Assembly (NCBI GenBank): GCA_963666835.2
Contig: CAXXGO010000001.1
Location: 1,888,001 to 1,952,000, forward strand
DNA length: 64,000 nucleotides
Reading direction: 5' to 3'
From: Phycisphaerae bacterium
GTDB lineage: Bacteria > Planctomycetota > Phycisphaerae > UBA1845
The translations under genes and the position numbers were made by a program. Under the pieces are notes generated by a model. It had not been told where the DNA came from. It saw only the letters and a list, made by a program, of their open reading frames with translations, and made no database searches. Shown piece by piece: positions 18,268-28,900 of the stretch; position 1 is the stretch's first letter, and every line of letters starts with the position of its first letter.

Positions 18268-19510
18268 CTACCGGGGTACGCGTACGGAACTGCGGGCGAG
18301 TTGGGCCGCCGGAAGGACCTGACTGGTCGGCATCGAGGCCACCCGCGCCGATGATCGGATTCGCGTTTCGATCATCTCGGAGAGGCGTTCGACCTTGGGT
18401 AGCCACGATTCCTTTTCCACGACCTTGCTTATTTCCTGCCGGCGTCCCGGGTAATCGGTGGCCAGCGCCTGGTCGCACGCCTCGGCGAAACGCTGGGCGG
18501 TGTCCGCGATAGTAATCGGTCCCAGGAAGGGCTCCGCCTCCGGCAGCGGGGTGGATACGATCGGCAATCCGGCGGCCAAGTACTCGTGCATCTTGATCGG
18601 GTTGACCGTTCGTGTCAGCGGGCTGTCCACGAAGGGGAGCAGTCCGGCGTCGAAGCCCGCGCAGTACTGGGGGGAGTACGTCGATCGAACGCCGGCCCAG
18701 CAGAAAGACGTTGGGCAGACGTTCCAGGGTGGACACGTCACGTTTGCAGTCGCCGATTAAAACGAACGAGTATTCCGGGCGAAGGCGGGCGACCCGGGCG
18801 ATCAGCGCGCAGTCGATCCAAAAGTGAATCAGCCCGAAGAACCCGAAGATTGGGCGAGGCACCGACGCCAGATCCGCGGGACACGTCAGCGGCTTCCGCC
18901 AAGCGGCGGCGAAGTGGTCGAAGTCCACGCCGTGCCGCACAAGGCTGACGTCGGGGCGGCGGACGCTTTTGGCTTTCCGTAATGCCTCGGAGGTTGTGAC
19001 CACGATATCTGCGCGGTCGATAAGCTCGTTCTCGGCGCGCAGGATGGCCTGCTCGTCGACCCCTTCAAACTGGCTGTGTTCGTCGACGCAGTAATAGAGG
19101 AAACACTCCTCGTTGAATTTCCCAGCGAGGTAGGGTACATCCGGAGCGAAAGACCACACCTGACGGGGTTTGTTTCGGGCGTTGGGAACGGAACGGATTG
19201 CTCGTCTGATCTGGGCGATGAGCATTCGCTGGTGGACGCGGCTCAGAATCGGGCCGGTTGCTCCCGGGATTACCAAGGGCGTTATCTGGGTCATCGTCGG
19301 GGTGACGCGGGTGATACCCCCCAGAAAGCGGCGTAACACCGAGCAACTGGCCTGAAAGTCGGCCCTACTGAACGTGGGGCGGCGAGTTCCATGATAGTTA
19401 ACCCAGACGACATCATTATGTCGTGCGAGGATCTTCATGATCTGGTGCTTGCTCGTCGGGTCGTAGTCCCACGAACTGGCCAGACAGATGATGATACGTC
19501 CCTCGATCAC
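18268..19510 (-). pseudogene. GT-B glycosyltransferase (GT4/TuaH-like), +1 frameshift in a C6 run at 18669-18674
   Basis: PTSKHQIM, YYCVDEH, HGVDFDHF, GFFGLI. With one C fewer the frame continues LPQYCAGFDAGLLPF..NPIKMHEYLAAGLPIVST. Confidence 0.8.
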
Positions 19511-19640
19511 AGCAACCCCTCTACGCTGACGATGGTTGTAACGCCTACGCGAGCCCCGCGAGTCTCTGCGGCCGCAGAGGCTTGTCGGTTGGAGCACATT
19601 GGACTTGTGCTCACTCGTTCACTCGGTTGGGATCCGTACG

Positions 19641-20552
19641 TCACGCTTCGTCCACCGTCTTCTTATAGTAGTCGTAGTACCTGTAGTAGTTGTATCCGTA
19701 CCCGTAATTGAAACCGTAGTGTCCGCCGGGGGCGTCGCGGCCGACCAACAGGCAACCCGTTATCGGGATGTTGTTGACCTGCAGCAGGCGAACAGCTCGT
19801 TTGGCGGCTCCCTCGTCCGTGCGATGGAGCCGCACGACAACAATGACGCCGTCGCACATCTGGCCGATGACGCCTACGTCGGAGACCGTAGTAGCCGGCG
19901 GCGTGTCGATCAATGTGTAGTGGAACTCGGTCTGAAGCTGATGGCAGACGGCCCGCGCAGTCGGGGAAGTCAGCAGTTGCGTGGCGGAATGCTGCCGGGT
20001 GTTGCCTGCCGGGACAAACATCAGGTTGGGAATCGGGGTGCTCCGGACCACCTCTTGGAGGCCGGCCTCTCCGCATAGTACATCTGCCAGGCCGGGCTTG
20101 TCCGGCTGATTGAGCATCCGGGCCAACGATCCGCGGCGGAAGTCGCAATCGACGACCACGACCTTCATGTGGCGGATCTCCGCCAGGCTACAACCGAGGT
20201 TGAGAGTCGTAACGCTTTTGCCCTCCTTCGGAACCGCGCTGGTTATTGCGTGTACGCGATGTTCGAAGTGTGGGTTCTGGCTGAGCAGCCGGGTACGCAA
20301 CGAGCGGTACTGTTCGGTGATCAACGATGATCGTTCATAGTAGGGCACGAGAGACTCAGACAGCCCCTGGACCAGCGTGATCGGCTCGTCGGACTCGTGG
20401 GCACCTTCCTCGACGGAGGCGACGCCCGACGTTTGGGCGTGCGGAGGCGGCTCGACCAACAGACCCGTCCCGCCGCTGTTGGAGGCTGGCGAGGATCGAG
20501 CCATTCGTCGCTCGTGTTCCGCTCGTTTGAGTGCGTCTGCGATTCTGCCCAT
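19641..20552 (-). CDS. CpsD/CapB-family BY tyrosine kinase
   Basis: EQYRSLRT, Walker A PKEGKS, DCDFRR, IDTPP, Tyr cluster YGFNYGYGYNYYRYYDYY. Confidence 0.9.
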   Translation of the reverse strand: MGRIADALKRAEHERRMARSSPASNSGGTGLLVEPPPHAQTSGVASVEEGAHESDEPITLVQGLSESLVPYYERSSLITEQYRSLRTRLLSQNPHFEHRVHAITSAVPKEGKSVTTLNLGCSLAEIRHMKVVVVDCDFRRGSLARMLNQPDKPGLADVLCGEAGLQEVVRSTPIPNLMFVPAGNTRQHSATQLLTSPTARAVCHQLQTEFHYTLIDTPPATTVSDVGVIGQMCDGVIVVVRLHRTDEGAAKRAVRLLQVNNIPITGCLLVGRDAPGGHYGFNYGYGYNYYRYYDYYKKTVDEA

Positions 20553-20606
20553 TAACAATAATCTCGCAGGCTGATCTTCCCGACCTCGTGCCGGGTCGGA
20601 TGCTCC

Positions 20607-21368
20607 CTAGTACCCTTGGGTGTACGTCCCGTGTATTCCGCGGCGGTTGCCGTCGTAGGCACCTTCCATGGAGTAGTAGGCGTTCGCCGGTCCGGTATAG
20701 GCGCGGACGACCGGTCCCACTGGGTAGAGAATCTCTTGAACACGTTGCCCCAACCAGGCGGACGGCGTCGGTGGGATGTAGACGATGTCATCCGGCTCCA
20801 GAAGGATGTTCTTACTCCAATCTCCGGTCTTGATCATCTTGTCGACGTCCACGACTATCGTACGCACCGGGTGTTCCCCGTGCGCCGGTCGGATCACCTT
20901 CACCCGGCTGGTCCATGACAGGAAGTTGACGCCGGAGCTGAGCACGGCGTCCAGAAGAGTGTCACGTCCGGTATACGGGCGAGGGCCCACCGATCCCTGA
21001 CCACACACGTAGTACTTCTTGCTGGCGAAGCCGACGCGTACGCTGACCTTCGGGTCGACGTAGTAGCGACTGAGCAGCACTTCCAGCTTGGCCGCGATCT
21101 CCTTGGCCGTCATTCCCACGACCTTTACCGGGCCCAGCAGCCGTAGTCCGATTTTCCCGTCGGGTTGAATCTGCTGGGAGTCGCCGTCGATTTCGAGGAT
21201 CCGCGGGGCGCTGATGGCGATTGTGTCGGGAATGCCTACGCGGTATTCCATCGCGGAGACCTGGTGTTCATGCTCACGGAGGAAATGGAGCATGTCCGTG
21301 TTGTCTACCGAGCAACCCGTGGCGCAGACCAGGAGGGTCGGAATGATCCACTGGCGAATGGTTGTCAT
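20607..21368 (-). CDS. polysaccharide export lipoprotein (Wza/SLBB-like)
   Basis: Lipobox ATGC, YRVGIPD, QPDGKIGL, YYVDPKVSV, LEPDDIVYIP. Confidence 0.85.
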   Translation of the reverse strand: MTTIRQWIIPTLLVCATGCSVDNTDMLHFLREHEHQVSAMEYRVGIPDTIAISAPRILEIDGDSQQIQPDGKIGLRLLGPVKVVGMTAKEIAAKLEVLLSRYYVDPKVSVRVGFASKKYYVCGQGSVGPRPYTGRDTLLDAVLSSGVNFLSWTSRVKVIRPAHGEHPVRTIVVDVDKMIKTGDWSKNILLEPDDIVYIPPTPSAWLGQRVQEILYPVGPVVRAYTGPANAYYSMEGAYDGNRRGIHGTYTQGY

Positions 21369-21693
21369 TGGACATCTCCACACGCTCAGGAAACGGGCTT
21401 CATCGCCGCATCCCGATAATCGTCCCTGAGCCGTCCGCGTAGCGCATCCATTCGCTCCCATGCGGACTTATCGGGTTCTCTATTGCTTATCTGAACCTTG
21501 ATCGCTCCTAATCCGCACCGCGAAAAAATGCCATTACCGGCCCTATAAGCGGTGAAAACCGGCGTTTTTATAGGCTGGTCCGGAAACATCGCCGGATGGT
21601 CCTCAAGGGCCTGGTTTCAAGGGCCGATATTCCAAGGCGCGACCATGGTCCTCCATTGAATGGAGAAGGCTCCACCCACGCAGAGAGAGTCAC

Positions 21694-23457
21694 ATGTACG
21701 CCGATTTTTTCGGGTTCCGTGAACTCCCGTTCAACAACACGCCGGACCCGCGCTTCTTCTACTCGACGCCAGACCATGAGGAGGCTCTGGCGTCTCTGGT
21801 TTACGCGGTGCAGGAGCGGAAGGGCTTTGTGCTCCTTACGGGCGAGGTGGGGGCGGGGAAGACCCTGGTTTCACGGATGATGCTGCGTCATTTTGGTCAG
21901 CGTGTCGTTTTCGCCAACGTCCACCATGCCGTGCAGGGGACCGGTGACCTGATGGAGTCGCTCTGTGCCGAGTTTGAGCTGGCGGTGGAATCCGGCGCGA
22001 GCCCGACCAGGCTCGTACATGCGCTGCACGACTACCTTTTGGGACAGTTCAGCAAGGACCTGCCGGTTGTTCTGGTATTGGACGAGGCCCAGCGGCTTCC
22101 GGCCGAAGCGTTTGAACAGCTTCGGATGATCGGAAACCTCGAGGCGGACGACGCCAAGCTGCTGCAGATTGTGATTCTCGGACAGCCGGAGCTTCAGCAC
22201 CGCTTTGCGACTCCGGAGTTCCGCCAGCTTCGGCAACGCATCTTCAGGACCTTTCATCTACCGGCGCTCAGCAGAGAAGCTACCTGCGCGTATATCCGGC
22301 ACCGTTTGGGGGTGGCCGGCTCTCCGACTCTGGACATCTTTGATGAATCCGCCGTCGATCGAATCTGGGAGAAGTCTCAGGGATTGCCTCGACTGATCAA
22401 CACCATCTGCGACAACGCTTTGCTGAGCGGCTACTCGGCCGATCGCAGGCAGATCGACGGCGAGTTCGTCGATTCCGTTGTCGCGCAGATGATGACATTA
22501 GGGCCTACAGAGGGACCCGCGCCGTCGACCGGGGCCGCAGCCGCGCCGAACGGCTCCGGCACCGTTGCCGGTGGGCTGGGAACGCCCGTGACTCCGGCAT
22601 CACCCGAGTTTGTCGAGATGTTGGCGCGAAGAATGGGCGAGCTCGAGGCCCGCATGTACGGATTGCCGGTATTTGCGGGGATGGCCGGGCAGGCCGCCAA
22701 CGCGCCGAGCCCCTCGAACAACGCCAGCCGGGAAGTGGGTCAGATTCGGGATGAGCTGGCGTTCAAGTTGAACGAAGCAAACCAGCGTCTTGCCGAGCTG
22801 GACGGCAAACTCTGCAACACGCCGGTGGTTCTGGCCGAGGCCCGCGAAGTGCACGGTAAGATCGAGCCGCTGGTGCGTGATGCGAACCGATTGGTTGCCC
22901 AGACCGAAGGCGGTTATCGCGTATTGGCCCGCCAGGAGGCGCGGGTGCAGCGGATGGCGAACAAGGTCAAAGCGGTTGTTGATGAGGTGCGGGGGATCTT
23001 CGACGGTCTCAAGCAAGCTTCCATAAAGACCCGCCGGGCGGAACGCGATGCTCAGCGGATGCACGAGCGGCTAATCTCGCAAACGGAACAATCCCGGAAG
23101 ATCGCTGACGAGATCGTTCGAGCTTCCAGCCTTATCGGGTCTGCCAAACTCACCGAGGCGCCGCGGGCGATCTCCCTGAAGGAAGTGACCCGCCCGGTAG
23201 CATGTGAGCCTGAGAGTATTCGCCGCCTGTTCGCCGACAGCCACGCAAGTCTGACGGAGCTCCGTACACTCGTGCGACAGGCTACCGGCAGGCGAGCACC
23301 GGCCGCAACGTCCGCAAATGACGATCCTCTTGGGTCGGACGATTCGGGCGCCAATGATTCGGCGACGCGCCTGGCGCACCAGGTTGAGAGCTTGCTCGAT
23401 ATGGTAAGCCCGGCCGGCGCGGCGGGGTCTGCCGACGTTGAACCTGCCAATGTCTGA
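21694..23457 (+). CDS. ExeA-family AAA ATPase with coiled-coil C-terminus
   Basis: FFGFRELPF..PDPRFFY, GEVGAGKT, LDEAQ, GQPEL, QLRQRI, GLPRLINTICD. Confidence 0.88.
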   Translation: MYADFFGFRELPFNNTPDPRFFYSTPDHEEALASLVYAVQERKGFVLLTGEVGAGKTLVSRMMLRHFGQRVVFANVHHAVQGTGDLMESLCAEFELAVESGASPTRLVHALHDYLLGQFSKDLPVVLVLDEAQRLPAEAFEQLRMIGNLEADDAKLLQIVILGQPELQHRFATPEFRQLRQRIFRTFHLPALSREATCAYIRHRLGVAGSPTLDIFDESAVDRIWEKSQGLPRLINTICDNALLSGYSADRRQIDGEFVDSVVAQMMTLGPTEGPAPSTGAAAAPNGSGTVAGGLGTPVTPASPEFVEMLARRMGELEARMYGLPVFAGMAGQAANAPSPSNNASREVGQIRDELAFKLNEANQRLAELDGKLCNTPVVLAEAREVHGKIEPLVRDANRLVAQTEGGYRVLARQEARVQRMANKVKAVVDEVRGIFDGLKQASIKTRRAERDAQRMHERLISQTEQSRKIADEIVRASSLIGSAKLTEAPRAISLKEVTRPVACEPESIRRLFADSHASLTELRTLVRQATGRRAPAATSANDDPLGSDDSGANDSATRLAHQVESLLDMVSPAGAAGSADVEPANV

Positions 23458-23673
23458 CCCGACAGCGGTCGTTACTTCCCATAACCCCTCCTAATGTAAT
23501 GACGCCAGCGTGGCACGTTCCTAAAAAACGTCAGTCTGCGCGGCCTGGTGCCGCAAAGGCGCATGTTGGGCAAGCCGCGCGCAATTCATTCGCCCCGAAC
23601 CGCAACCCTAGCTATACTGAGATAGAGCTGCAGCATGCCGGTATAGGGGGCGACGCGCAGCAGGGGGGGGACG

Positions 23674-23958
23674 ATGACAAAGGAAGTATTCGAAGAGCAT
23701 ATTCGCAAGATAGCGGCGATGGTCGACACGCTGCCCGAGCCGCAGCGTGGGCAACTTAACGAGATGATTGAAGAGACGCGGCGGCGGTTCGCCAACATCT
23801 CGGGTTCGATGAGCCGGGCGCGCGACGCCTTGGATGATCTGCGTCTATATCAGACGTACGCGATCTTCGATGCCGAGGCGCGGCTTCGCGAGACTCAGGC
23901 GCAACGCCGGAATCTCGACGAGGGTAATTCGGCACAGGAATGGGACGCACCGGAGTAG
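23674..23958 (+). CDS. small helical/coiled-coil hypothetical protein
   Basis: Amphipathic pattern LDDLRL..YAIFDAEA; followed by a terminator. Confidence 0.7.
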   Translation: MTKEVFEEHIRKIAAMVDTLPEPQRGQLNEMIEETRRRFANISGSMSRARDALDDLRLYQTYAIFDAEARLRETQAQRRNLDEGNSAQEWDAPE

Positions 23959-24012
23959 GCTCCGGCAACCGGCCCGCTCGGGTCGCAACGACATACGATC
24001 GAATCAAAGAAG

Positions 24013-24047
24013 AAGGGCTCGCGGTCATTCGGCTGCGAGCCCTTTTT
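24013..24047 (+). terminator. intrinsic terminator (possibly bidirectional)
   Basis: AAGGGCTCGCGGTC-ATTC-GGCTGCGAGCCC-TTTTT. Confidence 0.8.
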
Positions 24048-24127
24048 CTGCGCGCCGGACATGGAATGGACTTGGTCTTCAGCCGAATCTGATCACCTCC
24101 GACCAGAGGTATCTTTCGAGCTAGGGC

Positions 24128-25029
24128 GGGTGGCCATCTCTTCAGACGTAGCGTACTCGGAGCACCCGGTGGGTGGCCCATCTCTTTAGAGGTGGCGTAC
24201 TGAGAACCGGATGGGTGGCCCACCTCCTCAGAGGTGGGGGACTCGAACCGTTGAGTGCTTGACACGAACCGTTCGATGCTTGGCATCCCCCACGGCTAAA
24301 GCCATGGGGCACCCGGCTTTCGAGCGCGGACGTCGAGAGTGCATTGCGTTATAGCGCCAGGATGGCGTAAGATGCTTGAGCCGGTCAAGGATCGGAAGAA
24401 TGGCAGGTCCGGCGCGTGGTGGGTGGCCCACCTCTTTAGGGGTGGGGGACTCGAACGGTTCGAGGCTTGGTATGCCCCACGGTGAAAGCCATGGAATACG
24501 CGGTGAGCCGTTCATGGGGATCCTACTGATTGTCACGAGAGGACGAGGTCTTGCAGCATCGGGGCAGGGGATTGCGCGGGAGGAATGGCTGCAGCTTGTT
24601 GAGGAGGACTCCACGCTGAGATTGAGGAGCGAACCGTTCTCTGCTCTCGATCCCGAAACCGGAGAGACGATTCTGGTTCCTTCGGGGGATGCTCAGGCCG
24701 AATTCAAGAATGATGGTGGGTCCGTGCCGTTCCTGGCGTATAGGCGGGGCGAGTTGGTTATGAACTATGCCTCTAAGTTCGAGGACCCGGATGATCCCGT
24801 GCGGATCAAGATTGCGGAGATTGCCGAGCGACTGTGCGCCGTGATTACCCATGACGCCGGTGATGAGATTCTCGAATGGTAGAAGGCGGGGGGCTTCTTA
24901 GATGTGGGCGGTGGGTGGCCCGTCTCTTTAGAGGTGGCGTACTCGAACCGTTGGATGCTTGGCATCCCCCACGGCTGAAGCCATGGGGCACCCGTTATTG
25001 GGTACCTGGCCTGAAGCCATGGGGCATCC
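24128..25029. repeat. cluster of about 80-bp REPIN-like doublet elements and fragments
   Basis: Copies at 24213-24314, 24421-24495 and 24913-24993; partial copies at 24128, 24171 and 25011. Unit GGGTGSCCCA-NNN-CTTTAG-NNN-TGGG in inverted pairs. Confidence 0.85.
24514..24882 (+). CDS. hypothetical protein lying between two repeat copies
   Basis: 122-aa ORF with globular composition (IAREEWLQLVEED..KIAEIAERLCAVITHDAGDE). Confidence 0.7.
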   Translation: MGILLIVTRGRGLAASGQGIAREEWLQLVEEDSTLRLRSEPFSALDPETGETILVPSGDAQAEFKNDGGSVPFLAYRRGELVMNYASKFEDPDDPVRIKIAEIAERLCAVITHDAGDEILEW

Positions 25030-25065
25030 GGCCGCTCGGCAATCCGAACATGGATGGAATATGGA

Positions 25066-25953
25066 ATGAGCAAAGCGCGAATCGGTATCATCGGCGGAAC
25101 GGGGCTTGGGGACATGCTGCAGAAGGAGGCCGGCGGGCATGCCGTCGACGTGACGACGCCGTTCGGTGCGCCGAGCGCAGCGCCGATCCTGGCCAACTGG
25201 GAAGGGGTCGAAGTTGCCTTCCTCTCGCGTCACGGAGAGGGGCATCTGCTCAATCCGTCCAGTGTGCCATATCGAGCCAATATCTGGGCTCTCAAGGAAC
25301 TGGGGGTCTCCGCCCTTATCGCCAGCGGGGCGACCGGCAGTTTGCGTGAAGAAATCGCCCCGGGAGATCTCGTGCTTTGCGATCAGGTGATTGACAAGAC
25401 GTTTCGGCGCCCCGGTACCTTCTTCGATGAGGGGCTGGTTGCTCATGTGGAGTTCGCCGATCCGTTTTGCCCGCGACTTCGCGAGCTTCTGATCGACGCC
25501 GGTACGCGAGTCGACACCGTGGTCCATCCGTCGGGAACGTACGTCTGTATGGAAGGCCCGCAGTTCTCCACGCGGGCCGAATCGAACATGCATCGGCAAT
25601 GGGGCGGTGATCTGATCGGCATGACGTGCATGCCCGAAGCCAAGCTGGCGCGGGAGGCGGAGATCTGCTACGCGCTGGTGGCTTTGCCTACCGACTACGA
25701 TTGCTGGCGACCCGCGGACCCTGCGCGCGGACAAGATGAGCTTCTGCGAGAGATTCTCGGCAACTTGCGGCACGCTACGAACACCGCCCTGAAGCTCGTC
25801 AGAGAGGCCGTGAGGATCATCGGGACCGATCGTAGAGGTTGCCGTTGTGGCCAGGCCCTCCGGTTGGCGCTCTGGTCGGACAAGGGACGCGTTGACGCTG
25901 CCACGGCGGAGAGACTCCACTTATTGATTGGCCGCCATCTGACCGATCAATGA
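25066..25953 (+). CDS. mtnP: S-methyl-5'-thioadenosine phosphorylase
   Basis: IGIIGGTG, TPFGAPS, SRHG, YRANIWAL, MEGPQFSTRAES, GMT, TDYDCW. Confidence 0.92.
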   Translation: MSKARIGIIGGTGLGDMLQKEAGGHAVDVTTPFGAPSAAPILANWEGVEVAFLSRHGEGHLLNPSSVPYRANIWALKELGVSALIASGATGSLREEIAPGDLVLCDQVIDKTFRRPGTFFDEGLVAHVEFADPFCPRLRELLIDAGTRVDTVVHPSGTYVCMEGPQFSTRAESNMHRQWGGDLIGMTCMPEAKLAREAEICYALVALPTDYDCWRPADPARGQDELLREILGNLRHATNTALKLVREAVRIIGTDRRGCRCGQALRLALWSDKGRVDAATAERLHLLIGRHLTDQ

Positions 25954-25957
25954 CAAG

Positions 25958-28900
25958 GTGGATTCCGGTGACTGGTTGACGAGGTCTCTGATGATTAGAC
26001 GGCGCCGTCTGTTGTCTGTCATATCCGTCGGGTTACTCTGCGGTTGGGGTGAGAACTGGGGCTCGACCTGCGCCGCCTATGGTGAAGAACCGGCGGAGTC
26101 GGCGCGGGCCGTCTACCTCGATGACAGTTTCGAGGCGACGGATGCCCTCGCTAAGGGACGGCGGTTGGCTCAAGCCGGGAAGTGGTCCGAGGCGGCTGAG
26201 CTTCTCCAACGGCTGGCGGAGACGCAAGGTGATAAGCTTATTCGCGTCTCAAAAGACTACTACGTCGGTCTGCGCGGGCATGTGAACGGGGTAATCGCGG
26301 GATGGCCCGAAGCCGGCATCGCCGCCTATCGAGTGCTCTACGAGCACGATCTGGCGCGCGCTCTCGCAACGGCCTCGAAGTCGCGTTCGGTAGATGAGTT
26401 CCTGGGGCTCTTCGACCGGTACTTTTGCGCGGCGGGTGCGGCGGATCTGGCCGACGCGATCGGCCAGCTTGCCATAGAGTCCGGCGACTTCGCCCTGGCC
26501 GAGCGCGTCTATCGACGCGTATTGGATACCCATCCGGATTCCGATCTTCACGCTGACCGGTATTGTGGGTTGCTCGCTCTGACCCGCGTTTTGCGCGGCG
26601 CAAGCCCGGCAGATATATCCGGCGCGGAAGCGGCGCTGAGCATTCGATGGATGGGGGAGGATCTTCCGGTTGGGGACGTGGCCGCTCGGATCTCGACGGA
26701 GTTTTCGGGTTTGCTCGGCCGTTCGCGGCCCGACGATTGGCCGATGTTCGGTGGCGATGAGGGGCGGAATCGTCCCGCGCCGACGAGCGTGGATGAACTT
26801 GGGGTGCTCTGGCGTTTCGCGCCTTCTTCGGGACAACCGTCTGGCTCGGAAGATGTTGGGCGTCCGCAGCGTAAGACTCGGGAGCGTCCCGCACGTTACT
26901 CGGTGTTCCCCGTGGTTGCTGAGGATGTCGTCTACGTACAGCGCGGACGGGAGATTGTCGCATTGCGCCGTGGGACCGGGAATGTCATCTGGCGATACCA
27001 CGCAGATGCGGATGAACTGGGCGGGCTGGCGGGCGTTGACGCTTATGCCGGCGGCTGGGACTCGGTTACCGTTGACGACGGCCGGGTCTTTGCGTCGTTC
27101 CGGGGCGATCCCGCGGACTTCTACGAATACGACGGCGCGATCGCTCCGTCGCTGCTCACCAGTCTGGATGCCGGTACCGGTGAGCTGATCTGGCCGAAGA
27201 ACCGGGACGCCTTTGTCGAGCAGTTCAGCGATGTGACGTTTGATTCGACGCCGCTTGTTCGGCGCGGGCGCGTCTACGTAGTCGGCAGGCGTCGCCGTTC
27301 GTTCGGGTTTGAAGACTGTTACCTATACCGCTTCAACGCCGCTGACGGCACGGTGGTATTCAAGACACATCTGGGCAGCGCCTCCACAGGGTCGTTTGAC
27401 TCGCAGCACCTTACGAATGCGGCGGTTGCTTGCGGGGGGGATACGATTTACGTCGGCACGAACCTGGGTGCGGTAGCGGCCGTGTCGGCCCACAGCGGGG
27501 CTGTGCGCTGGCTGCGCACGTACGAGCGTGATCTCGGCGAAGAGCTGCGCGACCTCGGTTTCGGCGGCAAGCGGGTGTATCCGTGGGCGGTTAACCCGGT
27601 TTTCTGGGCGGGCGGGCGCCTGGTCTGCCTGCCGACGGACGCTTGCGCTGTAATGGTGCTGGCGGCGGATGACGGGCGGACCCTTCACTCGATTCCAGTG
27701 GCAGACCTGGGCGACGTGGCGACGTTGTTGGGAGTGTCGGGAGACTTGGTGTGCGGAGTCGGCTTGGAACTGGTGACGTGTATCGACCTTGCCGCGGATG
27801 CTCCGCGGTGGTCCGCCCATCTGCCGGTGGGCGCTCGAGTGCTGGGACGGGGAGTATGGGCTGACGAGCACCTCCTCGTTCCGACGAGTGACGGGCTGTG
27901 CAGTTTCCGGTTGACTGATGGTGACCGCGAGGATCTGCCGTGGGATTCCGGTGGGCATCCGGGGAATCTGCTCGCCCTGTCAGATCAGTTGCTCGTGGCC
28001 GGGACCGACACCGTCTCTCTGTACATTCGCAAAGCGGAGCTGTGGGGGGGGCTGCGTTCACGAATGGCGGCGGCGCCGACGGACCCGCTGCCGGCGTTGG
28101 AGCTGGCGGAAGTGGCATTGAGGGGCGGGGAGACGGATGAAGCCGTATCGATGTTGAAAGAGGCCGTTCAGCGGGCGGGCGGGTTCGTGCAGCCGCTGGA
28201 GACTTCACTCCGGCGACGGTTCCTTGACGATCTGGTGATGTTCGTTGAGGTGCTCTCCTCGCGTTCGACTCTCAACGATGATCTGCTCGACGAATTGCGG
28301 ACCTACGCCTCGTTGTGTGCGTCGGACCCGTCCGATCAAGTGACGTTCCGCCTGCGGTTCGGGAGTTTCTACGAAGGGCAAGGCCGCTTTGATCAAGCCG
28401 TACAGTTGTACCAGCAGATTCTGCGTGACCGCTCCTTGCGCGAGTATCGAGTCTCCGGTGCGGTCTTGGGGGGAGACACTGCCGGTGCCGTTGCAGAGAC
28501 ACGGATTGCCCGAACGATAGAATGCGCCGGCCCTCAACCGTATGCCCCCTTCGAGGCGGAGGCCCAACGTTGGCTCGCGGCCGCCCGCCGAACCGGCGAC
28601 GGTCGCCGGCTGGAACGCTTGGTGACTACTTTCCCAAACAGTACGGTGGCTGCCGAGGCGCTGTTGGCTTGGGCCGATTCGCTGGCGAGCAGTGGTCGAG
28701 CGGAAGAGGCCGCTGCGCAGTTGGTTCGAGCGTACCAGCGATACCCACAACGGGTGGATCGGCCGAGACTAATCCGCCGGATTGCAGACACCTACGAACA
28801 GGCCGGGCGAACGGATTATGCCTATCTCTGGCTCAGCAAAGGAGCCGGGGACTTTCCGGGTGTCAAACTGGAGGATCGCGGACAACGGTTGAGCTTTGCG

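Noticed and set aside
17933..19597. 554-aa ORF as a glycosyltransferase-lipoprotein fusion
   Set aside because: Artefact of the +1 frameshift; the middle part is off-frame GT sequence and the lipoprotein has its own RBS and signal peptide.
21518..21533. sigma54 promoter for the wza-like gene
   Set aside because: The GG-to-GC spacing is 9 nt, not 10.
24128..25029. CRISPR array
   Set aside because: Irregular spacing, degenerate inverted doublets, an intervening gene and no cas genes.
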